NCBI GenBank assembly: GCA_963776755.1
Contig: CAVZNW010000002.1
Location: 1,315,741 to 1,379,740, forward strand
Reading direction: 5' to 3'
Origin: an uncultured Acidobacteriota bacterium
GTDB lineage: Bacteria > Acidobacteriota > Thermoanaerobaculia > UBA5066 > Gp7-AA6
Length of the DNA stretch: 64,000 nucleotides
A model generated the notes under the pieces. The model searched no databases. It saw only the letters and a program-made list of their open reading frames with translations, and was not told the origin of the DNA. The position numbers and the translations under genes are program-made. Within the stretch, counting starts at the first letter, position 1, and each line of letters opens with the position of its first letter. Positions 12,232 through 21,757 of the stretch are shown here, one piece after another.

Positions 12232-14067
12232 TCACGCGGGGAACGGCGCAGCGTCTCGCACCTGCTCCAGCGCCTCCTCGCTCCGGCCCGCTCCGGCGAG
12301 CCAGTCGGCGTAGCCGAGGCGCGACGGCAGCGAGCCGCGGCTCGATCGCGAGCGCGCGCCGCCACGCATAGATCGCCGTCGGACGGCCCTCGGCCGACAG
12401 CAGCAGCGCCAGGCGATAGGCGAGCGGCAGCGACTGCGGGATTGCGCCGGAGGCCCTCGCGGTACGCCTCCTCGGCGCCCGCCGCGTCGCCGCGGTCTTC
12501 GCGCGCGAGACCGAGGCCGAAGAAGCCGTTCTCGTACGTCGGAACGATCCGGAGCGCCTCGGCGTAGGACTTCTCGGACGCGTCGAGGTCGCCGAGCTCC
12601 CGCTCCATCCGGCCCTTGCCCCGCCCAGGCGTCCCAGTAGTCGCGGATAGATCTCGGTGGCCCGCGTCGTAGTGCTCGAGGGCGCGTCGCGGGTCGGCCC
12701 GTTCTCCGCCGACATGTAGGCGAAGTCGTAGTGCGCCTTCGCGCTCCGCGGGCGAGACTCGCACCATGTTGGTGAAGAGCGTCTCGTCGCTCGTCCCAGA
12801 CCGGGTTGCGCACGATCGTTCGCGCGGCGAGAGCGACCGCCGCCCGGACGAGCGCGAGCGCTCGCGCGGGCAGCGCCGGAAGCGCTCGCCGCGCGGCCCG
12901 CGATCCAGGCAGCCGCGATCAGGCAGTAGCCCGGCCGACGGCAGGTAGGCGAGGCGCTCGCGCGAAGATCGTGCCCGTCGCAAAGAGCAGGTTCGACGTC
13001 GGCAGGAACGCGATGCCGAGGAAGAGAAAGCCGAGCGCGGCCGGACGAGCGCTCCCGCAGGCGCCGAGCGAGCGGCCGCCGCGGCCAGCACCGCGAGCAG
13101 CGCGGCGCCGCCCAGAAGAGCGGCGTCGTGAGGCCGCGAGCGGGCCGGATCGACCACGCCGACTCGTCCGCCGAGAGGCGCAGCGGCAGCGGCCATGCGC
13201 CCGAGGTAGCGGAAGAAGATCGCGCATGCGTTGGCGGCGCGCGGCAGCGCCGGCATCGGACGCGAGCGGGTTCTCGAGCTCGAAGATGCCCGGTGCGCCG
13301 CGACGTTGAGCGCGCCGCCGAGCACCTCGGCGCCCGGAGGCGGAAGACGCCCCACAGCACCGCCGCCGACGCCGACGTAGGAAGGCAGCCCCGCGCGCAG
13401 CGCTGCGCGCGAAGCGGCGCCGCGAGCGGCCGCTCGGCGCGGAAGGCGAGCACAGGAAGAGGAGCGCCGGCGCCACGGCGGCGCTCTCCTTCGTCAGGTT
13501 CGCGAGCCCGTAGAGCAGGACGAGCGGCGCCAGGCGAGAGCGCCGGTCCACCGCCGCGCTCGGCCGACGCGGAACCGCAACGCCAGGAGCAGCGACGCCA
13601 GCGACGAGCGCCGCCGCCAGCGTCTCGCCCCGCCCGACGATGCTCGTCACGGCCTCCACGTGGATCGGAGGACGGCGAAGAGCAGCGCCGCGCCCGAGGG
13701 CCGCCGGCGGCGGAATGCCGACGCCGGAGAAAAAGCCGCGCGAGGAGCAGGGTCGCCGCCGACGTGCAGCAGCACGTTGACGGCGTGGTACGGACGACCG
13801 TCGGCGCCGTGGATCCACCACTGCGACGGCGAAGGAGAGCAGCAGGACGGGCCGGTAGGCGGTGCCCGGTGCCCGGCGGTCCGCCGAAGTACTGGGTCGT
13901 GAAGAGGTCCACGGACGCGCTCGCGGCCGCGCGGATGCGGAAGTTGTCGCGGACGATCGCCTTGTCGTCGTAGGCGAAGGCGCCGGTGAGGCCGTTGGCG
14001 TACGACAGCAGGCACGCGCCCGAGAGAAGGAGCGCGGCGGGGAGCGCCGAGTCTCGCCGCGCTTCAC
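12232..14067 (-). CDS. TMTC/PMT_2-like polytopic membrane protein with C-terminal TPR repeats
   Basis: N-terminal region: AFAYDDKAIVRDNFRI.., DLFTTQYFGG, YRPVLLLSFAV, WWIHGADGRPYHAVNVLLHV, HPIHVEAVTSIVGRGETLAAAL, LYGLANLTKESA. C-terminal TPR: AKAHYDFAYM, SEKSYAEALRIVPTYENGFFGLGLAREDRGDAAGAEEAYREGLRRNP. The GTG start at 14067 overlaps the sdaAA stop. Confidence 0.6.
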
Positions 14068-14953
14068 CGGATCTGGTAGAGCTCGTTCCGGATCCGGCAG
14101 CCGGTCGGCGTCATCGCCAGGCCGCCGTCGGCGGTCTCCTTGAGCGATCGCGGCATCGCCTCGCCGATCTTGACCATCGCCTCGACGACCTCGTCCATCG
14201 GGATGACGCTCTCGACGCCGGCGAGCGCCGTCTGCGCGCCCGCCAGCGCCAGCATCGCCGTGAAGCCGTTGCGCACGACGCAGGGCACCTCGACGAGGCC
14301 CGCGACCGGATCGCAGGCGAGGCCGAGCGTGTTCTGGAGCGTCAGGGCGGCGGCGTGCACGGTCATGCCCGGGCGTTCCGCCGAGGAGGAACGCGAGCGC
14401 GCCCGCGGCCATCGCCGCGCCGACGCCCTGCTCGGCCTGGCAGCCGCCGGCGGCGCCGGAGAGCTCCGCCTTGGCCGGCCACGAGCGCGCCGAAGCCGCC
14501 CGCGACGACGAGGCCGCGGGCGGTCGTGGGCGTCGTCGAAGCCGCGCTCCTCCGAGATCGCGAGCAGCGTCCCCGGCACCATGCCGGCGGCTCCGGCCGT
14601 CGGGCGCCGCCACGATGATCCCCATCCGCGAGTTCTCCTCGAGCACCGCGATCGAGTACGCGATCGCACTTCGCGACGAGGCGCCCGCCGGCGATGTCGC
14701 CGCCGCGGGTGAACTCGATCACCTTCCGCGCGTCGCCGCCGACGAGGCCCGAGAAGCGACTTGCCGCCCGCGAGGCCGCGCCGGACCGAGTCCTTCATGA
14801 TCGCCCAGCGCTCGAGGAACGATCCGGAAGACCGCGCTCGCGGGGCAGCTCGCGCTCGGCGGCCTCTCGCTCGAGGAAGATCGCGTCGAGCGGCCGGCCG
14901 GTCCGTCCGCCGCGATCTCGAGCAGGTCGGAGAAGCTGTTCAGATCGTCGCAA
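14064..14953 (-). CDS. sdaAA: L-serine ammonia-lyase (iron-sulfur type), alpha subunit
   Basis: FSDLLEIAADG..PLDAIFLEREAAE; MKDSVRRGLAGGKS; ENSRMGIIVAAPTAGAAGMVPGTLLAISEERGF; SGAAGGCQAEQGVGAAMAAGALAF; LTLQNTLGLACDPVAGLVEVPCVVRNGFTAMLALAGAQTALAGVESVIPMDEVVEAMVKIGEAMPRSLKETADGGLAMTPTG. AGGAGG SD before the TTG start. Confidence 0.85.
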
Positions 14954-14963
14954 GCCGATCCTC

Positions 14964-15652
14964 CTAGGTGATGAGGGCGCCGCCGGCGACGCGGTCGAGC
15001 ACGTGAACGCGGCGGACGCCCGGCAACTGGTCTTCAGCGCCGCGACGTCCTCGTGCGGCAGCGGCGCGTCGAGATCGATGCGCATGAACGCCTGCGTCGC
15101 CCTTGCCCCGCCGCAGGACCTCCATCGAGGCGATGTTGATGCCCCGCCGCCCGATGATCTCGGAGGCGCGCATGACCATGCCCGGGCGGTCCTCGTAGAA
15201 GAGCAGGATGCACGGGTCCCTGGCCGAGAGGGACACCGGGAAGCCGTCCACCTCGCGGATCTCGATCATGCCGCCGCCGATCGAGGCGCCCAGGATCGAG
15301 ATCGAATGCGTCGCACCGCGTCAGGTGGATGGCGACGCTGTTCGGGTGCGCCTCCGGCCCCATGTTCTTCGGCTTCAGCTGGAAGGCGAGGCCCGCGCTC
15401 GCGGGCCAGATCGAGGGCGTCCTTGATGCGCGCGTCGTCGACTTCCATGCCGAGCGCGCCGGCGACGAGGGCCCGGTCCGTCCCGTGGCCGCGCATCGTC
15501 TTGGCGAATGCGGAATGCAGCTCGAAGCGCGCCTCGACCGGCTCCTCCTCGAGCAGCGCGAGCGCCACGTGCGAGAGCCGGCAGGCGCCCGCGGTGTGCG
15601 ACGAAGACGGTCCGACCATGACGGGACCGACGATGTCGAGCAGCGAGATCAC
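14964..15652 (-). CDS. sdaAB: L-serine ammonia-lyase, beta subunit (with ACT domain)
   Basis: [58 protein letters not shown]; [54 protein letters not shown]. Confidence 0.85.
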
Positions 15653-15658
15653 GGCGGG

Positions 15659-15664
15659 AGAATA
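15659..15664 (-). promoter_or_regulatory. -10-like TATTCT 6 nt upstream of the sdaAB GTG
   Basis: Minus strand reads cctgTATTCTcccgccGTGatc. Confidence 0.3.
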
Positions 15665-15725
15665 CAGGAGGCAGGCGACGGGAGGCAGACGACAGGCCGG
15701 CCTCTCCCCGCCCCGTGCTTGCCGG

Positions 15726-18700
15726 CTACGACCTCCGGCTCTCCACCTTCAGCTCGCGAATCAGGTACAGAAGCGCCTGACGCGAGAGGCCGAGGTCCCG
15801 CGCCGCCCGGCTGCGGTTGCCGCCGGCCCGGTCGAGCGCATCGGCGATCAGGTCGCGGCGGTGGGCGTCGACGCGCGCGCGGTAGTCCCCGGTGCGGGCG
15901 CCCGCGCGGGCCGGGACCGGACGCGCCGCACCGACTCCGGCAGGAGCGACGCCGTCACGAGACCGTCCGACATCGCCGAGGGCGGCGGCCTGCGCCATCG
16001 CGTTCTGCAGCTCGCGCACGTTGCCCGGCCACGCGTAGGCGCCGATCGCGGCCGCCGCCTCGGGCGCCAGGCGCAGCGTCGCCGCGCCCGTATTCGCGCG
16101 CGTAGCGCTCGAGAAAGTGCCGCGCGAGCAGCAGCGCGTCGCGGCCGCGCTCGCGCAGCGGCGGCAGGCGGATGAGGGCGACGTGCAGGCGGTAGTAGAG
16201 GTCCTCGCGGAACCGCCCCGCCTCGACCTCCCGCGCGAGGTCCCGCGACGTCGCCGAGACGACCCGCACGTCGATCGGCCGCGAGCGATTCTCGCCGACG
16301 CGCCGCAGCTCTCTCTCCTGCAGCGCGCGGAGGAGCTTCGACTGCAGCGGCGGGGCGAGATCTCCGATCTCGTCGAAGAAGATCGTCCCGCCGCGAGGCC
16401 TCCTCGAGGAGACCCCGGCGCTCGCGGTCGGCGCCCGATGAAGGCGCCCCGGGCGTGGCCGAAGAGCTCGCTCTCGAGCGAGCGCCCGCCGGGATCGCCG
16501 GCGACGTTGACCGGGACGAAGGGCCCGGCGGCCCGCCGCGAGAGGCCGTGGATCGCGCGGGCGACGGCCTCCTTGCCCGAGCCCGATTCGCCGAGCACGA
16601 GGACCGTCACGTCCTGCGGCGCAAAGCGCGCGAGACGCCGGTACGGCTCCTCCATCGAGGCGTCCGCCGTCACGATGCCCACGCGTTTCCAGGCCGGGGC
16701 GAAGTCCGGCGCCGGGTCGAGGCCCGGGTCGGTAGGAGGAGGGTCTCGAGAAGGAGCGTCAGGGCGGCCGCCGTGTCCGGGGCCGGCGTGGGCCACATCG
16801 CGAGCGAGAGCTTCCCGGCGCCCGCCTCGAACGGGTTCCACGGGACGCCCGGAGGCGCCGCCTCGCCCAGGGCGACGACCTCGCGACCGGAAGGGTCCCG
16901 GACGGCGAGCCCCGCCAGGCCCAGCCGCGGCATCGCCCCGTCGAGGATCGGCGCCCGCCCCGCGAGGACGGCGAGCGACCGCGCCACGGACCTGGCGCAG
17001 GGCGTCGTGCGCGACGGGCTCGGCCGCCGGACCGAAGACGATCGCGGCGAGCTCCGAGCCTCCCGACTCGCGCAGGGCGCGCGCGGCGCGCTCCCGGAGA
17101 CCGACCGGCACCGCCGCCGGACCTGCGAGCCGCGTCCAGCGCGCGACGGCCTCCGAGGCGCGATACGGGTCCCGCGCGAAGAGCGTCTCGACCTCGCGGC
17201 GCGCCTCGTCGGGAGGACCGCCGGACGCGCTCCACGCCATCTCCGAAAGGCGCTCCCGCGCGGCCTCGGCGCGATCGCAGCGGTCCGGCGGGCCCGCGGC
17301 CGCCCGCTCCCACGACTCGCGCGCGCCGTCGCGATCGCCTTCGTAGACGCGGCGGTCTCCGTCCTCGAGCCACAACTCGCCGATCTCCAGCCGATCGCCG
17401 AGTTTCGGCCGCGAGGGCCCGCGCCTGCGCGTTGTCCCGGGCCGCATCGGGGAGAATCGCCGCGGCGCAGCGCCAGCCGGCCGCGATGGTGGAGGGCCAC
17501 GAGGCGGCGCGTCGAGTCCCCCTCCGCGCGGGCGCTCTGCTCCAGGGCGCCGATCTCCGACTCGGCCTCGGCCCACGCGCACCGATCGACGAGCAGCTCG
17601 ACGCGGTTGGCGCGGGCGATCCGGGCGAGGTCCTCCCGGCCGGCCGCCGCCGCCGCCGCGAACGCCTCGCCGAGCGCCGCCTCGCTGCCCGCGGAGTCTC
17701 CCGCGTGGTACCGCGTCGCCGCCAGGTCGAGCTACAGCGCCGCGCGCTCGGCCGCGTCTCCCGCCGCCGCCTCGACGGCCTCCTCGAGGCGGACGATCGC
17801 CCGCCCGTGCTCGCGGCGGTCGAGCAGCCCTCGCGCTTCCTGCGCCAGAAAGCGGGCGGCCACGCCGTCGTCTCCCGCCTTCAGCGCCGGCGAGCGGACC
17901 GACTCGTAGACCGCGGCCTCCTCCTCGAAACGTCCGGCGAGCGCGAAGACTCGGGCCCGCATGAGCGCGGTCTCGACGATCTCCGACACGGCGAGCCCCG
18001 AGCCGAGCCGCTCGGCCTCGTCGAGCAGCGCGAGCGCGCAGTCGGTTCGCCCCTCGCGCGACAGGCCCGCCGCGCCGAGCCGCAGAGCGCGCACCGACTC
18101 GCCGGGGGGCGCCGCGGGATGGGCGCGACGCCACTCGGCGGCTCGCCGCGCCGCCTCGGCGGTCCGCCCGAGAACGACCGCGAGCTCCGCGAGCCGGAGG
18201 CGCGCCCTTCGCCGCTCGTCGTCCGGGCAGTCGACCGCGCGGACGATCCGCTCCAGTCGGGCCTTCGCGGCCTGCGGCCGGCCGCCGGACATCTCGCGCT
18301 CGGCCTCGATCGCCTCGAGCCACGGCGGCAGCGGAGCCGAGGCCCCGGCCGAAAGGCGCGCGGCGAGCGGAAACCAGGCCTCGGCCGGCCTCCCGGGGAA
18401 GCGGCGCACCCAGCGTTCCGCCTCGCGAAGGGCGAGATTCGTCTGGCCTCCCTCGAGCAGGGCCTCGATCCGACGGCCCGGATCGTCCGCGGCGGCGACG
18501 AGAGCCGGCGCCGGCGGCTCGCTCGCTTCCTCGGCGGAGGGCGAAGGGATCGGCGCGTCGCCGGTCGGATCCACGGCGAATGCCGCCCAGCCCGGCGAGC
18601 CGAGCGTGCGCCGAATGAGCGCGCGCGCCCGCGCCGGGTCCCGGCCCGCCGCCTCGCCGAACCATTCGTAGAAACGGATCGAGGCGGCGAGGCTCCCGCA

Positions 18701-19657
18701 CGGAACCCAGATCGCCCGGCGCCACTCAGCGGGCGAGTCGGGCGCAGGCCGGCGGCCGGGCACGACGACGACCTCGACCTTCTCGCCGAGCGAGCTCCGG
18801 GCCGACTCGAACGCGCGGCGGGAGACGGGGTCCCAGGCCTCGGCCTCGACGGCGATCCAGACCGGCGACCGTCCGTCGCGGACCTCGGCCAGCTCCCGCA
18901 GTCGCCGAGCGGCATCCGCGGCGCCCTGCGCCGGCGGAACGAGGCGAAGCGCTCCTCCCGGAGTCAGCGGCGATGCGGCCGGCTCGAAGACGCGCGGGGC
19001 CCTGCCGCGCAGGATGGCCCGCGCCTTCTCCGCCAGTGCGCGCGAGGCGGCGCTCGCGAGCGCCTCGCTGCCGAGACCCCAGCAGCGCTGGCGCGCCGCG
19101 GCGGCCGCCGGCGCCGAGAGGTCGGGAAAGGTCCGCAGGACCTCCGCGACCCAGAGCTCGGCGCGCTTCCACGAAGCGTCGTGCGCACCGAGGCGGGCGA
19201 AGAGGCCGCGCGCCGCGGCCGGCGACATCCGGCCGCCCGCCGGGGAGAAGAGGCTGGCGACCGCCTGGGCGAGCAGGCCGGAGACCGGCGTGTCGTGCGG
19301 CCTCCGCACGGCCGCGGGTGTCCGGGTCAGCCAGAGGCGCGGGACGCCGCCCGACGGGTCCCAGACGGCGGAGTCGAGGTCCTCCATGCCGAGCGGAAAG
19401 CCGCGCGAGGCGAAGAACGCGGCCGCCGACGCCGCCTGCAGGAGTAAGGGAGCGCGCCACGGGCGCGGCACCCGGCTTCCGGAGAGCGGGCGGCCCGCCA
19501 CCGGCTCGCGCCGGACGAGCAGCTCCTCCCCCGCCGGCGCGTAGTCGACGGCCGGGGCGAGCGCCTGGTGCTCGAGCAGCAGGAACTCCAGCCACCGCTC
19601 CCGGCACGAAGCGATGGAAAAGCTCTCGAGGGCGCCGGCGGCGCGCGACTGCGGCAT
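15726..19657 (-). CDS. Sigma-54-dependent transcriptional activator (EBP) with ~900-aa N-terminal unknown + TPR-like region; in-frame TAG at 17732-17734; frame breaks only in the 3' third
   Basis: C-terminal module: [22 protein letters not shown] (Walker A), [12 protein letters not shown] (GAFTGA region), [78 protein letters not shown], and [27 protein letters not shown] (stop 15726). The N-terminal 642 aa from MPQSRAAG (ATG 19657) read uninterrupted inside ORF 17732..20680. Confidence 0.8.
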
Positions 19658-19716
19658 GAAAATCTCACCGACCTTCTGTCTTCTTATTGTCGCGAGACGG
19701 GGCGCGGCCCGGCGGC

Positions 19717-20993
19717 TCAGGCTCGCAGGCGCTCGAGATCCCGGAAGAACCCGGGGTAGGACTTGGCGACGCAGCCGGGATCTTCGATGAGGAGTCCCGG
19801 CAGGCGCACGGCCAGGACGGCGCCGGCCATCGCCATCCGATGATCCCGGTGAGTGCGCAGCGTCGCCACGGACCGGGGCGGCCGGGCGGGCCCGGAGATC
19901 TCGAGCGTCTCGCCGTCGGAGCGGGCCCGTCCGCCCGCGGATGCGACGAGCTCCTCGATCGCGGCGACCCGATCGCTTTCCTTCAGGCGCAGATTTCCGA
20001 TTCCGGAGAAGCGGCTCGTCCCGTCGGCGAGGGCGGCGACCGCCGCGAGGGCCGGCACGGCGTCGGGAAAATCCGCGGCCCGGACCTCCACCGGCCGCAG
20101 ACCGGCGGCGCGGGCCGAGGCGGTCAGAATGCCGGGCGCGGCCGACACGGAGAGACCCATGGCCTCGAGCACGCCGAGCGCTCCCGCGTCGGCGTCCGCC
20201 GAAGGCCAGCGCAGCCCTTCCAGGCGCACCTCGCCTCCTGCCGCCGCGACGGCCGCGAGCAGCGGCACGGCCGAGGAGTAGTCGCCCGGAATCTCGAAGC
20301 GCCCGGCCACGCGGCTGCCTCGCCGCACTCGGATCGCGCCGTCCGCGGCCACCGTCGCCTCGTGCCCGAGCTCGCGGAGGACCTCGAGCGTCATGCGCGA
20401 CGTACGGAGCCGACGCGACCGGGCCCGACGCGCGCACCTCGAGGCCGCCGTCGACGGCGACGGCCGAAAGGAGCAGCGCCGACAGGAACTGGCTCGAGCG
20501 GGAGGCGTCGACGTCGATCTCGCCCGACCGGAGCGATCCGCCCTCGATCTCGAGCGGCAGGAAGCCGGCCGCGCCGGCGTACGCGATCCGGGCGCCGCCG
20601 CGGGAGAGAGCGTCGACGAGCTCGCCGATCGGCCGCTCGCACAGGCGTGCCGATCCGGTCAGGGCCCAGCGGCCCGGCACGGCCGCGCACGCGGCCGCCA
20701 GGAAGCGGGCCGCGGTGCCGGAGTCGGCGGCATCGAGCGCGACCCGCGGCGCCGCCCGCGAGGGGCCCGCTCACGCGCAGGCCGTCCGCCGTCGGCTCGA
20801 GCCTCGCGCCCATCGCCACCAGGCACCTCCGGAGGGCCGCCGTGTCCTCGCTCTCGAGCGGCCCGAGGATCTCGACCGCCTCGCCGGTCAGCGCCGCCGC
20901 GAGCAGCGCGCGATTGGTCCCGCTCTTCGACGGCGGCACGCGGACCGTCCCCGAGAGGGAGCGCGCCGGCGGGATCGCCAGGTAATCCGTCAT
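19717..20993 (-). CDS. aroA: 3-phosphoshikimate 1-carboxyvinyltransferase (EPSP synthase)
   Basis: MTDYLAIPPARSLSGTVRVPPSKSGTNRALLAAALTGEAVEILGPLESEDTAALRRCLVAMGA; ERPIGELVDALSRGGARIAYAGAAGFLPLEIEGG; SSQFLSALLLSAVA; C-terminal LRLKESDRVAAIEELV..HRDHRMAMAGAVLAVRLPGLLIEDPGCVAKSYPGFFRDLERL*. Confidence 0.9.
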
Positions 20994-21002
20994 CGCGCCC
21001 GC

Positions 21003-21742
21003 TCAGAGCGCCACGAGCGACGTGGTCCCGTCCTCCGCGATTTCCATCCACCGCCGCTCCTCGACGAACGCCGGCAGGATCTCGACCCGGCCGCCGTCGA
21101 CCTGTCTCGCTCCACGACTTGTGGAAGTGGCCGAGCAGCAGGACGTCGACGCCCTTCGCGGAAGCGGCGCCCCGCGAAGGCGCGGATCATCTCGACCGGC
21201 AGCCGCGACTTGTGCTTGAAGTTGGAGCGGTACAGCCGCGCCTCGACCTTCCACACGAGGCGGTTGCCCGCCCCCTTCGGGAAGAAGTTCAGGGCGAAGC
21301 GCGACACGGGGTTCTTCGAGAGCCGGCGCCAGAACCGGTACGGCAGGTCCTTCTCGTTGAGGAGGTCACCGTGCGTGGCGAGGAAGCGCCGCCCGCCGGC
21401 CTCGAAGATCTCTTCGTCGCAGACCGCGTGAAACTCCTTCTCGACGTAGCTCCCGCGGAGGAAGAAGTCGCGATTGCCCTCGACGTAGGTCACCGAGACG
21501 CCGGCGGCCGCGAGGCCCCGCACGGCGGAGAGGAATCGCGCGATCGCCGGGGTCTCGAACTTCGGGTGGGCGATGAAGTAGTGGAAGATGTCGCCGAGCA
21601 GCGTGATGCGGGTGACGCCCCGCCCGCGGGCCTTCTCGAGGGCCTCGAGAAACGGCCCCTCGTCGCCCGGACGGCGGCCGACGTGGCAGTCGGCGAAAAC
21701 GGCTCGGGGCGGCACGGAGCAAAGATGACGCCCGGCCCACAT
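21003..21742 (-). CDS. lpxH: LpxH-like metallophosphoesterase (UDP-2,3-diacylglucosamine diphosphatase family)
   Basis: VFADCHVG..ITLLGDIFHYFIAHPKFE..VTYVEGNRDFFL..FLATHGDLLNEKDLPYRFWRRLSKNP..; tail VLLLGHFH, ILPAFVEERRWMEI. The phosphoesterase motifs D-x-H, GD, GN(R)D and HGD are present. Confidence 0.65.
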
Positions 21743-21751
21743 CCCCGCCAC

Positions 21752-21757
21752 TAAAAT
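21752..21757 (+). promoter_or_regulatory. -10 box TAAAAT 7 nt upstream of the second ATG (21765) of the multihaem gene
   Basis: cacTAAAATggcggcgATGgcc. The first ATG (21756) overlaps the hexamer. Confidence 0.35.

Noticed and set aside
12919-14646. 575-aa minus-strand ORF spanning the TMTC-like and sdaAA genes. Similar giants: 17432..19447 plus strand (671 aa), 19687..20985 plus strand, 57372..58454 plus strand, 60406..61681 plus strand
   Set aside because: These are GC-driven spurious ORFs, either antisense or off-frame to genes with clear homology. Only short pieces coincide with real coding segments, where an indel moves the true frame into them.
15709-15724. Weak sigma-54-like match (cGGCAaGcacgggGC, minus strand) between the EBP stop and sdaAB
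   Set aside because: Only the GG and GC dinucleotides and a few flanking bases match. The -12 TT is replaced by GG. A TATTCT -10-like box sits right at the sdaAB start instead.
17732-20680. 982-aa ORF suggesting an aroA-regulator fusion
   Set aside because: The aroA C-terminus (..GFFRDLERLRA*) ends in a different frame at 19717. A 60-bp AT-richer gap and a new ATG (19657) separate the genes. The apparent fusion is an open off-frame.
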